Shown here: positions 17,801 to 25,015 of the stretch, piece by piece
Layout of the letters: the number at the start of each line of letters is the position of its first letter
Numbering within the stretch: the stretch's first letter is position 1
Source: Eubacteriales bacterium
GTDB lineage: Bacteria; Bacillota; Clostridia; Oscillospirales; CAG-272
Length of the DNA: 64,000 nt
Assembly: GCA_045533775.1 (NCBI GenBank)
Contig: JAZSIK010000003.1
Coordinates: forward strand, 468-64,467
Reading direction: 5' to 3'
Position numbers and translations under genes: made by a program
The notes under the pieces: model-generated
What the model was told of the DNA's origin: nothing
What the model saw: the letters and a program-made list of their open reading frames with translations, nothing else
The model's database searches: none

Positions 17801-18804
17801 TAGTAATTCTTTGTTTCGTTGATTGTTGAAGCATGCTCTATTACGTTTTCGTATCCATAGATCGCTATTTCAATAGCATCATCTGCCGTAAGACCGAAAT
17901 CAGCAAGCTCTGCCTCGCTGGCACAAAGATAATTATATTCCTGGTCAACCCAATAGGTATAGTACCAGTTGCAGGAAAGACCCAATCTCTCCTGTCCCTC
18001 ATCAATAACGTCCTTACTGGTACGGTAGTAGCAGTAGGTATCAACGGGAATAGTCAGATCACCGCCTGTATATTCCTTGTCAAAATACAGGTTGCCGTGA
18101 GTGTAAACAATGTCGCCCTCCTGCTGGGGATAGGACTTTATTATAGGAGCATCGGTAATGGTCGCAGATACCTCGTAGCCACCTCCGCTACTCCGAGAGT
18201 GGAAAATTACCTGCTCGGGATCAGGCTCTACGATAGTTTTCTTAGCATCCTGAGAGGTGGAAACGATCTCGGTGTTATAGGAAAAATACTCGGAGTATCT
18301 GGGGCCGGACTCAAAGTGTCCGGTAGCAATGGTAAGGGTACCGCCGTTGATATTAAATACCGATCCAACGGGGTTGTAGAGACCGCCTGTACCCTCCTCC
18401 GAGGTGTCAACAACGGTAAGACGAACGCCCGACTTAATATTAAGAATGGGCTCGTAGCCGTTACGCTGAATCTCAATGCCGTTCAGATCAAGAATAAGGT
18501 CGGTATCAAGCGTCTCGGCCTTCTGTGTTACGATGAGGGGGTTCTCAATATCATCAGAAAGACGGATGAAGGAGTATCCCTGATTTATTGCAGCGAACAA
18601 CTCGGTCTGGTTGCGAACCTCAAATACCGAGTTTACCGAGAAATCAAGGTGATCATAAATGATACCGCCATCGGTAAAGATCGCATCGCTCTCACTGACA
18701 TAACGAGAAAGAGTTGCGCCAACAAGGCTGAACAAAAGTATAACGAGAGCGAGAGTGAGTATGCTCAGGTGTTTTATGTTAAAGCTTTTCTTTTCGCCGT
18801 CCAT
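14818..18804 (-). CDS. Giant secreted beta-helix protein (putative adhesin) with SipW-type signal motif
   Basis: RBS AAAGGAG. N-terminus basic-hydrophobic-GATLSRYVSESDA. Pectate-lyase-like beta-helix N-terminal region (LDLNGIEIQ...GVRLTVVD...INGGTLTIATGHF), then an array with 24-residue periodicity. No LPXTG motif. Confidence 0.8.
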   Translation of the reverse strand: MDGEKKSFNIKHLSILTLALVILLFSLVGATLSRYVSESDAIFTDGGIIYDHLDFSVNSVFEVRNQTELFAAINQGYSFIRLSDDIENPLIVTQKAETLDTDLILDLNGIEIQRNGYEPILNIKSGVRLTVVDTSEEGTGGLYNPVGSVFNINGGTLTIATGHFESGPRYSEYFSYNTEIVSTSQDAKKTIVEPDPEQVIFHSRSSGGGYEVSATITDAPIIKSYPQQEGDIVYTHGNLYFDKEYTGGDLTIPVDTYCYYRTSKDVIDEGQERLGLSCNWYYTYWVDQEYNYLCASEAELADFGLTADDAIEIAIYGYENVIEHASTINETKNYYAAIQMSSGSLEVQNGSFYCYFGLPNTACVNSTGGTINVVNGQFSSRIPNANSTIQNGNLATNDNTLMEKEDDTLAFGQVYFDRYRWNVAEPNGALAMAGEAYCILNKGNATLKIDNGEFYSSNNNNAHMNGGSLNVGGGSFTKQQNIKIPASVPTAINDKTACIYMEQGTMNIGAAKYVIDGQFNTGIHMVNGELSVDDGDIYITGDGTVGILMTDGVLAIDFADFDIEGDNSKGIQIANGTLNIEDGDFEVIGENAKGIEMKNGNLTVTDGVFTLAGSACLGIQMTDGELDVFGATLSLTGESSHGIDMANGALYIEGGTFTLNGDSSRGIVMNNGQFDLYTSNLTLNGFGAMGIYSTVTGVGKFNITDTNLTLGDLAEITTNGTGRQVGIYAANGQVKLDSTDPTNDPCTINITSDASTGIYALDGGSVLSTGYQYRLTKDNSTGIYSSGGSVQMTGGNITLDGNLNCHGIYAISVGDVGFHISLDGADVSVGAGKPLKTANRTYRACTGVTLMTDGAESDISSVSLTNADITCHEVGASLCGGKLDFYGTGSIKTSYASAVAVADGDITFAEGSNYTIVSNNTRTDSPTNSYTIQLPLLFDDVTDNRYVDYQNTDGIYVSGGNFVSEGVTNITHTGLQNVYNQATYYYNTLEVTSYAVRVVGGNVTITKATIENKAGGGVCCSSIEGGSGSDASNGNIFLGTEGGSDSDISVLASGQEYYNTAYDPVGYFSGLGGWQCKRSITGGHAIELNGGNITVYNGNYVAYYGNGIAANGRGTIDVYGGNFDGKMTYKDTNSAANGYRDTFFVGKSGPGAYYGLKVIGGAVVNIYGGTFNGGNGGAFVTGIDTFNSAYDYRSSSGNQAQVYVYAGEFGDGSNFDAFNVYDYSYVVFGASGEIAGNTANDYVSTVVMNGSSASIATNPLTNGNGEASCRRSSTVNIYYGRYNKIHNSNATIGLYNEKLGYVEYSMINSTTLNDKQNNIAVFHPTTID
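16369..17241 (-). repeat. In-frame 24-residue periodic coil repeats (GI-x-M-x-N/D-G-x-L...G-x-F...G) in the 1328-aa protein
   Basis: About 7 regular units (GILMTDGVLAIDFADFDIEGDNSK / GIQIANGTLNIEDGDFEVIGENAK / GIEMKNGNLTVTDGVFTLAGSACL ...) followed by looser GIY-type units. Confidence 0.75.
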
Positions 18805-18825
18805 AGCGCGCTCCTTTCTGTTTTT

Positions 18826-20871
18826 TTACTGTATCTGTCGGAATGTAACCTTGGTGTAGAGAGGATATTCCTTTGAATAACAAGGGGATAAGAATAGAAC
18901 CTGAATCTCCTTGCCGCCTACGGTAGCAAAGAAGTCAAGCGTCTCGCCATCCTTATATATTACATCATAGGGGTTGCCCTCCGCGTCAAACATACGCTGG
19001 GAAAGCCCTGTAAGAATAGCATTATTATCTTTGTCGGAATCTCTTTCGCGGACAAACTTCTGGTAGCTGGTCGTTCGGGAAAGCTCGCCTGCAGGAGTAA
19101 CCTCCCTGTCAGGAATGGAAATCGGATCGCTATCGGTAGTGTTATTGTGATACTGAGCAATTATGCTGGTGGCAGCTTCGCTCATACCATAATAACTATT
19201 AATTCCACTATTCTGCTCTTGCCAAGAATATCTATTTCCTTGTCTGTTTACCCGATAAATACTATAGTCGTTAATGGTATATGTTACAGTTTCAGTCTTT
19301 ACTACGGTCAGATTGGTGTATCTGCACGCCGTCTCGGTTTTGGTAGTAACAACCTCAACAATATAGTTTTGTCCGTCAACAGCCTGTACGGTTTTAATAG
19401 TTTTTTCCGTTCCGGAGGAAACCCGATCACCCGATGCATAAGCACTGTAAGTGGTAACAGTATTTTTGGTTATGCTCTCAATTTCAAGCTTATAAAAATT
19501 ATTATTGTTGTACAATCTGTACGCCTGGTCGGCTGCAAGATATTCGTTATCATAGTTTGTCTGGCGAACATACGATGAATTTGAGCTTCTGAAATACAGT
19601 ATATACTCTGTTGCACCATCGGTAGTATCCGGGTTGGTGAGAGGGGAAATTGTTTCCGTGATAGTACTGTTCTCAAAAAAGTGTTCCACATTTGTAATGG
19701 TTGTGACGATCGGCGGATAACGCTTGGTTCGTGTATCATCATCCTCAATAGACTCGCCCACATTATATACCTTGATTGAAGCGATATGATACTCATCATC
19801 GGGTTTATCTGCCCAATATGCATCAAGACCCAGGTTGGTGTCGCTGTTATATACTTTCTCCTTAATGGCGGAGAAATAAACCTTATCGCCCTGCTTAAGG
19901 TTGTTAGGGGATACAAGGGCGCCGACATTATCAGAGTCCTCAACCATAATAAATGCGCCAAGGTGATCGTCAACCAACATCTCGGTAGGCGCAATGGTAA
20001 GGCGGTATCTATGTGTAACCGCCTCGCCCGCCTCAAAGACAAACAGGGGCAGATGAATAGATATCCTATACATTTCAACCGTGGTAGAGATGCTTGCACG
20101 CAGAGGCGGCAGAAGCTCTCCCATCTCGCTGTCAATAGTCTCCTTGCCAAACTCGGAGGTATCCCACGCACGGAACAGGATAACCTGCTCTATGGGCATA
20201 GCAACCTTCTCTATACGGATAGTAAGAGGAGCTGTGACATCGGGATCATCCTCATCAAGCTTAGGCAGCTTATACTCAGTCGTACAAGTGATCACACTCT
20301 CGTCGGCATTGCTCTCAAAGGTAAATGTGTGATCGTGGTCTACGTCAACACCGTTGTAAAGAGCCTTGCCCGATGCGACATGCGACTCGTGGTTGTGCGC
20401 TGAATCAATAAAGTGGCCAAGATTCATCTGCGTGGTTATGGGGTGACCGTCCATAGCAAGAAGCTGGAACGCCAGCTTCTCGGTAAAGCCCTTAGGAGCA
20501 AGGAAATTAATATCATACTCCATACGGACATCCGTCGGTATCCTGTTGCCCTCATCATCGGTCTCAAAGCTGTTTATCACAAAGTCAATAGAACGAAGGC
20601 TGTTAAGGGCAATATCGTCCTCGCCGCCGTCTCCGCCCCAGAAAGCAGTGTTGGAGAACGACAGCGCGCTTACGCCATCAATAACCGCAGAGCCGCGCAT
20701 GGCAGCGGCATTCGGACGCTTGTTGACGGTGTCGCCGGATACATACTTTGCAAAGGAAGCAGTTCCTGTCAGTGCGACAAGAGAGGCTAAAAGGAAGCAA
20801 ACGCAGGACACGAGATTTTTCTTTACAAAATCGCGTGTGTAATCAAATATCTTTTTGATTTTTTCTTTCAT
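18826..20871 (-). CDS. 681-aa secreted protein with SipW-type signal motif and TasA-like terminal strand
   Basis: RBS AAAGGAGG. N-terminus hydrophobic-GTASFAKYVSGDT. C-terminus YTKVTFRQIQ resembles the C-termini of the 241- and 247-aa proteins (DLTVTVQQVQE, DLTVTATQIN). Confidence 0.75.
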   Translation of the reverse strand: MKEKIKKIFDYTRDFVKKNLVSCVCFLLASLVALTGTASFAKYVSGDTVNKRPNAAAMRGSAVIDGVSALSFSNTAFWGGDGGEDDIALNSLRSIDFVINSFETDDEGNRIPTDVRMEYDINFLAPKGFTEKLAFQLLAMDGHPITTQMNLGHFIDSAHNHESHVASGKALYNGVDVDHDHTFTFESNADESVITCTTEYKLPKLDEDDPDVTAPLTIRIEKVAMPIEQVILFRAWDTSEFGKETIDSEMGELLPPLRASISTTVEMYRISIHLPLFVFEAGEAVTHRYRLTIAPTEMLVDDHLGAFIMVEDSDNVGALVSPNNLKQGDKVYFSAIKEKVYNSDTNLGLDAYWADKPDDEYHIASIKVYNVGESIEDDDTRTKRYPPIVTTITNVEHFFENSTITETISPLTNPDTTDGATEYILYFRSSNSSYVRQTNYDNEYLAADQAYRLYNNNNFYKLEIESITKNTVTTYSAYASGDRVSSGTEKTIKTVQAVDGQNYIVEVVTTKTETACRYTNLTVVKTETVTYTINDYSIYRVNRQGNRYSWQEQNSGINSYYGMSEAATSIIAQYHNNTTDSDPISIPDREVTPAGELSRTTSYQKFVRERDSDKDNNAILTGLSQRMFDAEGNPYDVIYKDGETLDFFATVGGKEIQVLFLSPCYSKEYPLYTKVTFRQIQ

Positions 20872-20909
20872 ATTTGCCTCCTTTCATAAGATTTTCTACC
20901 TATTATTTA

Positions 20910-21608
20910 TTATTTATCAGTATTTTCTGTATTATCGTTGTTTGTTTCTTGGTTTGTGTTTCCCTGCTCTTCCTCGGTGGCAGCAGGGGTGTTAGCATCT
21001 ATATTTTCGTCTTTTGGTTCGTTATTTTCTTCGTTGTTTTCCTGATTTTCCTCAGCCTGATTTTCCTCGGGCTTGACTATAAAGGATCCGAGTGCAATAA
21101 TCACAAGGCAGGCTACAATATATAGCCACCCCTCCTCCTGCACCCAGGTTGCGAATACGCCAACCTTTGGGAATACATGTATAACCTCACCAATAATAAT
21201 ATCTGAGGTTACATCCTCGGTGTCCTTTGTATTGTTGTTGTCACCCTTGGTGACAAATCCATCATCTGTGTAATTAATAATACGGTGTGTAGTGGGAATT
21301 GTATCTCCCTCGTGCAGATAGGTGATAATATCACCGATCTTATAATCATCGGTCTTCTTAATGAGAATCATATCGCCGATCATCAGCTCGCTCTCCATGC
21401 TTCCGGTATCAACGATCAGCGTCGCGTAGCCAAAGGCGGAGGGCACGGGGCTCTGCAATATGAACTTGTCAATCGCGAGCCAGGCAACCAGCGCAACAAG
21501 TGCGCCGAAAATTGTCAAAACAATTCCCCAGAGGACTTTTTTTATGATTATAAAAGGACGGCTCGTGAAGATCGCCTTTATTTTTGATACAAAGCCTTTT
21601 TCTGTCAT
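20910..21608 (-). CDS. sipW: SipW-type (ER/archaeal-type, S26B) signal peptidase I, copy 2
   Basis: Motifs VDTGSMES, TTHRII and TKGDNNN, an N-terminal TM, and a C-terminal TM followed by an acidic Asn/Glu-rich tail. I chose ATG 21608, after GGAGGC, rather than the TTG at 21626. Confidence 0.8.
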   Translation of the reverse strand: MTEKGFVSKIKAIFTSRPFIIIKKVLWGIVLTIFGALVALVAWLAIDKFILQSPVPSAFGYATLIVDTGSMESELMIGDMILIKKTDDYKIGDIITYLHEGDTIPTTHRIINYTDDGFVTKGDNNNTKDTEDVTSDIIIGEVIHVFPKVGVFATWVQEEGWLYIVACLVIIALGSFIVKPEENQAEENQENNEENNEPKDENIDANTPAATEEEQGNTNQETNNDNTENTDK

Positions 21609-21660
21609 TTCAGCCTCCAAAACCAATAGGTTTTTCTAAAGAATTGTTGAAAAGTTTTTT

Positions 21661-21685
21661 CTCCCCTCCCCTTTTGGGAGGGGAG
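21661..21685. other. Intercistronic GC hairpin downstream of the 241-aa gene
   Basis: CTCCCCTCCC (21661-21670) pairs with GGGAGGGGAG (21676-21685), a perfect 10-bp stem. There is no U tract on the coding (minus) strand side. Confidence 0.6.
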
Positions 21686-21719
21686 AAGTGTGTTAGTTTA
21701 GAATTAACTCTAAAGCGAA

Positions 21720-22445
21720 TTATTCCTGAACCTGCTGTACGGTTACAGTAAGGTCAAACGTAAGTGTGCTGCTGATCTCTTCAAGAGAATTAAGCGCATT
21801 TGCAGGACCAAGAACGGAATTGATTGCATCAAGAGTTGTCTTGCCTGCCGCATGTGCACCGATCACAGTATCATACTTGTTATTAGCGCCGTTATCAAAT
21901 GCCCAACGCCAGTAGAGGGTGTAGGTCTTATTATTAAGATTTGTACCTGCATCTATATCAAGAGTTACATCGGAAAGAGCAGAAGATGCCTTCCAATCGC
22001 CCTCCTCAGGTGCATCATTACCTTCAATAAGAGCCCACTGAATGGGATAATAAGTAGTGCCGTAGTGAATATCAGAGTCAAAATTAATATCAAGAGCAAG
22101 CTGCGCCTTAACCTCGGTAATACCGTTGATTACAATAGTGGTAGAGCCGGTGGTGCCGGGAGCTACAACATTATTTGCAGAGGCGGTAGCATGAACCGCT
22201 ACGCCATTGTTAGCAACCTTGGTTGCATAAGCACCAGCATCCTTGGTATAGTCCTTAGAGAAAAGATCGCTGGTGTTGGCAGTAATTACGATACCCCACT
22301 GAGCTGCGGTAGCAGTTGTATCATTTACCTGCGCAGAGCTAACATATCTTGAATAAGTCATTGCGCCCATACCAACAACGAGTGCCACCATAAGCACCAT
22401 TGCTATGATAACGAGTGACTTTTTCTTTGTTTCATTCATTTTCAT
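21720..22445 (-). CDS. TasA/camelysin-like secreted protein, paralogue B (candidate fibre subunit)
   Basis: RBS AAGGAG. Signal plus GAMTYSRYVSSAQ. Motifs NVVAPGTTGSTTIVINGITEV, YTLYWRWAFDNGANNKYDTVIG and a C-terminal FDLTVTVQQVQE. Clearly homologous to the 247-aa protein. Confidence 0.75.
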   Translation of the reverse strand: MKMNETKKKSLVIIAMVLMVALVVGMGAMTYSRYVSSAQVNDTTATAAQWGIVITANTSDLFSKDYTKDAGAYATKVANNGVAVHATASANNVVAPGTTGSTTIVINGITEVKAQLALDINFDSDIHYGTTYYPIQWALIEGNDAPEEGDWKASSALSDVTLDIDAGTNLNNKTYTLYWRWAFDNGANNKYDTVIGAHAAGKTTLDAINSVLGPANALNSLEEISSTLTFDLTVTVQQVQE

Positions 22446-22461
22446 AATTAGAAATCTCCTT

Positions 22462-23334
22462 CTAATCTTCTTTTTTATCGTGAAGTCGTTTGTTCATAAG
22501 CCACGCTATGTAGAATACAATAACGCCCGCGTTCGCCATAAGCAGGATAAGCCATAACCAGCGGATCGTACCGCCGTACTCCTGACTTCTGTCGTCATCG
22601 GCGCTGATGGCTATTCCGCCCTGCGCCTTCGGGTCATTATGCTCTGCTGCATAGGTGTTAATTCCCATAGTGAGCGATACGCCCTTTTCTGCAGCGAGAT
22701 CGCCGTAGAGTGTATCAAGCTCATCATTTCCTCCGTGGAACTGCCAACGGAGCTGAAGCTCATACTCCTCATAAGAGGATGCGCCAAGCTGGCTTGAATA
22801 CTGATTAAGTGTGGCATCGCTTACGCGAACCCACTCGCTCTCGCCGCCGATGATGTATTCGCCGCGGGAATTAAGCATACGAACCTGTAAGGGAAAGTCC
22901 TTACTATCCTTGACCTCGTCGCCTACCTTCAAGGAGAAGAAGAGATCGGTAGAATAATAGACCGCCATATTTCCGCTGTTGTACATTGAAAATCTATATG
23001 TGGTCTCTGTACCGGGAGCGATAACCTTGTCACCATCAAGTGATGATACGGTCACCCTGCCCTCGCCGTTCTCATAATCTGCCTTGAATATGTCAATCTG
23101 TCTACCCTTGGTCCAGGCACCCTTATGGTCGTCGGTATAGAACTCAGGCTCTTTACTTACGATAAACAGGATATCGGTGTCCTCGGGAAGAACATTGTTC
23201 ACACGGAGGGCAACAAGTCCTACGGTGAGAAACAGAAGTATAAAGACTATGTTGGTCATAAACATGATCCAGACCCAACCCTTTCTGTCAAAGGGATGAG
23301 CTTTCGGCTTTTTTTCCGCGCCATTGTCAGACAT
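22462..23334 (-). CDS. TasA-like paralogue with TM segments at both termini (candidate membrane anchor/base)
   Basis: ATG 23334 follows AAAGGAGGT. N-terminal TM WVWIMFMTNIVFILLFLTVGLVAL lacks the RY motif. The core motifs VIAPGTETTYRFSMYNSGNMAV and YELQLRWQFHGGNDELDTLYGDLAA align with the 241- and 247-aa proteins. C-terminal TM WLWLILLMANAGVIVFYIAWLM is followed by NKRLHDKKED. Confidence 0.7.
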   Translation of the reverse strand: MSDNGAEKKPKAHPFDRKGWVWIMFMTNIVFILLFLTVGLVALRVNNVLPEDTDILFIVSKEPEFYTDDHKGAWTKGRQIDIFKADYENGEGRVTVSSLDGDKVIAPGTETTYRFSMYNSGNMAVYYSTDLFFSLKVGDEVKDSKDFPLQVRMLNSRGEYIIGGESEWVRVSDATLNQYSSQLGASSYEEYELQLRWQFHGGNDELDTLYGDLAAEKGVSLTMGINTYAAEHNDPKAQGGIAISADDDRSQEYGGTIRWLWLILLMANAGVIVFYIAWLMNKRLHDKKED

Positions 23335-23406
23335 TGTTGCACCTCCTTTGTGAGTCAATTTTCAGCATTCTTCTTAAGTGTCTTTACTTTGCCTTCGGCA
23401 ATTTAA

Positions 23407-24150
23407 TTAGTTGATCTGAGTTGCGGTAACTGTGAGATCGTAGTGAATGGTAAGGTTGTAATCTGTGCCTGCAACCTTAGCGGAGTTTTCGCTGCTGCCT
23501 GCTGCGAGGTTACCGAGAACGGTATCAGCAAGATCGTTACCACCCTCGTATACCCACTCCCAAGAAAGCTCAAAGGTAGCTGCAAGGTCGGTGGTGGGAT
23601 CATAGTTAGCGGTGGTGTTGTAATTTGCATCAACCCAAGCCTTGATCTCTGCGAGAGTACCGGAGATGGGAGCACCAAGCACGCCGGTAGCGCTGGAGGT
23701 CTGAGTAAGGGTGAATCTTACAGGATAGTAGTCTTCAGCAAGAGTGAAGGTGTCACCTGTATCAGCAGTGCACTCGTTGAAGTAAGTACCTGCCTTAAGA
23801 ACAACATCCTGAACGTTCTCAAAGAGAACATTGATGTTAACTGCTACCTCGGGAGTGCCGCTGATCGCAAATCTTGCAACAGAGGACTCGGTGCTGCTGG
23901 TACCGGGAGCTACTACATTAGCAGCGTCGTGGGACTTAACAGTAACACCATTGGTAACATTAGAGTACTGGTTAGAGAAGTTGGAATCGCCATCAACCTC
24001 AATTCTAACACCCCAGTGTGCAACTCTGGCAGTATCAGATGCGCTGTCAGAGGTTGTGTATCTTGCAAGAGTTGTGCCGATCACACAAGTGGTGAGGAGT
24101 ACAAGTACAAGCAAGCCGCACATAACTTTTACATTCTTGTTGTTTTTCAT
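23407..24150 (-). CDS. TasA/camelysin-like secreted protein, paralogue A (candidate major fibre subunit)
   Basis: RBS AAGGAG. Signal plus GTTLARYTTSDSA. Motifs NVVAPGTSSTESSVARFAISGTPEV, FELSWEWVYEGGNDLADTVLG and a C-terminal YDLTVTATQIN. Confidence 0.75.
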   Translation of the reverse strand: MKNNKNVKVMCGLLVLVLLTTCVIGTTLARYTTSDSASDTARVAHWGVRIEVDGDSNFSNQYSNVTNGVTVKSHDAANVVAPGTSSTESSVARFAISGTPEVAVNINVLFENVQDVVLKAGTYFNECTADTGDTFTLAEDYYPVRFTLTQTSSATGVLGAPISGTLAEIKAWVDANYNTTANYDPTTDLAATFELSWEWVYEGGNDLADTVLGNLAAGSSENSAKVAGTDYNLTIHYDLTVTATQIN

Positions 24151-24241
24151 TGTTTTTCTCCTTATGTAAAATAAATTACTTTTATAAAATGCCGCCCATT
24201 ATGGCTATAAGCGGAAAATATAAAACACTGTAAACGAGGAA

Positions 24242-25015
24242 TTACTCCTCGGACTTACTCTCTGAGAGCTCAGGGTCTGTCGGGGCTGCGGACTCTTCCG
24301 CGCCGACGGGCTCCGTAGGCTTTTCCTCAGTAGATTCGGTAGCGGGCTGCTCATTTTCCTTTGCCTGAGCGGCCTTCATAGCCTCAAGCTCGGCGCGGAG
24401 AGCGTCTATGTCGCCCTGCTTTTCCTGATTCTGCTTTTCCTTCTTTTTCATCTCAAGGATGATAAGGGCAGCTACGACCAGGATAATGGGAATAATAACC
24501 ACATATGAGTACTGACTGGTGAAGAGCAGAACCTGACCAAGCTGCCAGATATGTACTCCCGTCCAGAGTCCGACCACGTTCTCCGCGGGAACGGACAGTC
24601 TATCCTCTATGTTGTTATAATCTCCCTTGGTACGGTAAGAAACATCTCCCGTAACATCGTCAATAATAATAGAAACAATTCGGTGTGTTACCACACTCTT
24701 GCCGCTGCTGTCGGGGTCAAAGAATGAAATTACATCTCCTACCTTAAGATCAGCTGTATCTACCTCTTCACAAAAAATCAGGTCACCCTTATTAATTTCG
24801 GGACTCATAGAGTCGGTAAGTACGATGAGCGGTATTTTGCCGAAAAAGCTTGGTACCTTATCAGGATTGATGATACCCTGAACAATAAGCACACAGTTGA
24901 AAATTAAAATGGGGATCAGCAAAACGCAGACAACAACAGCGACAATATTAACGACCTTCTGTGCCTTATTAAGCTTTACCTCGTCGTTACTTGTCTTAGT
25001 CTCAACGTTAAACAT
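24242..25015 (-). CDS. sipW: SipW-type (ER/archaeal-type, S26B) signal peptidase I, copy 1
   Basis: Motifs VLTDSMSP, VVTHRIV and TKGDYNN, an N-terminal TM, and a C-terminal TM followed by a long coiled/acidic tail of about 80 aa. The start overlaps the stop of the upstream gene by 8 nt. Confidence 0.8.
   Translation of the reverse strand: MFNVETKTSNDEVKLNKAQKVVNIVAVVVCVLLIPILIFNCVLIVQGIINPDKVPSFFGKIPLIVLTDSMSPEINKGDLIFCEEVDTADLKVGDVISFFDPDSSGKSVVTHRIVSIIIDDVTGDVSYRTKGDYNNIEDRLSVPAENVVGLWTGVHIWQLGQVLLFTSQYSYVVIIPIILVVAALIILEMKKKEKQNQEKQGDIDALRAELEAMKAAQAKENEQPATESTEEKPTEPVGAEESAAPTDPELSESKSEE

Noticed and set aside
22462-22600. Whether the C-terminal TM plus basic tail of the 290-aa protein is a sortase sorting signal. 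I also checked the 681- and 1328-aa proteins.
   Set aside because: No LPXTG-like motif precedes the helix (the sequence there is ...EYGGTIRW), no sortase gene is in the window, and the giant proteins have no C-terminal hydrophobic segment.
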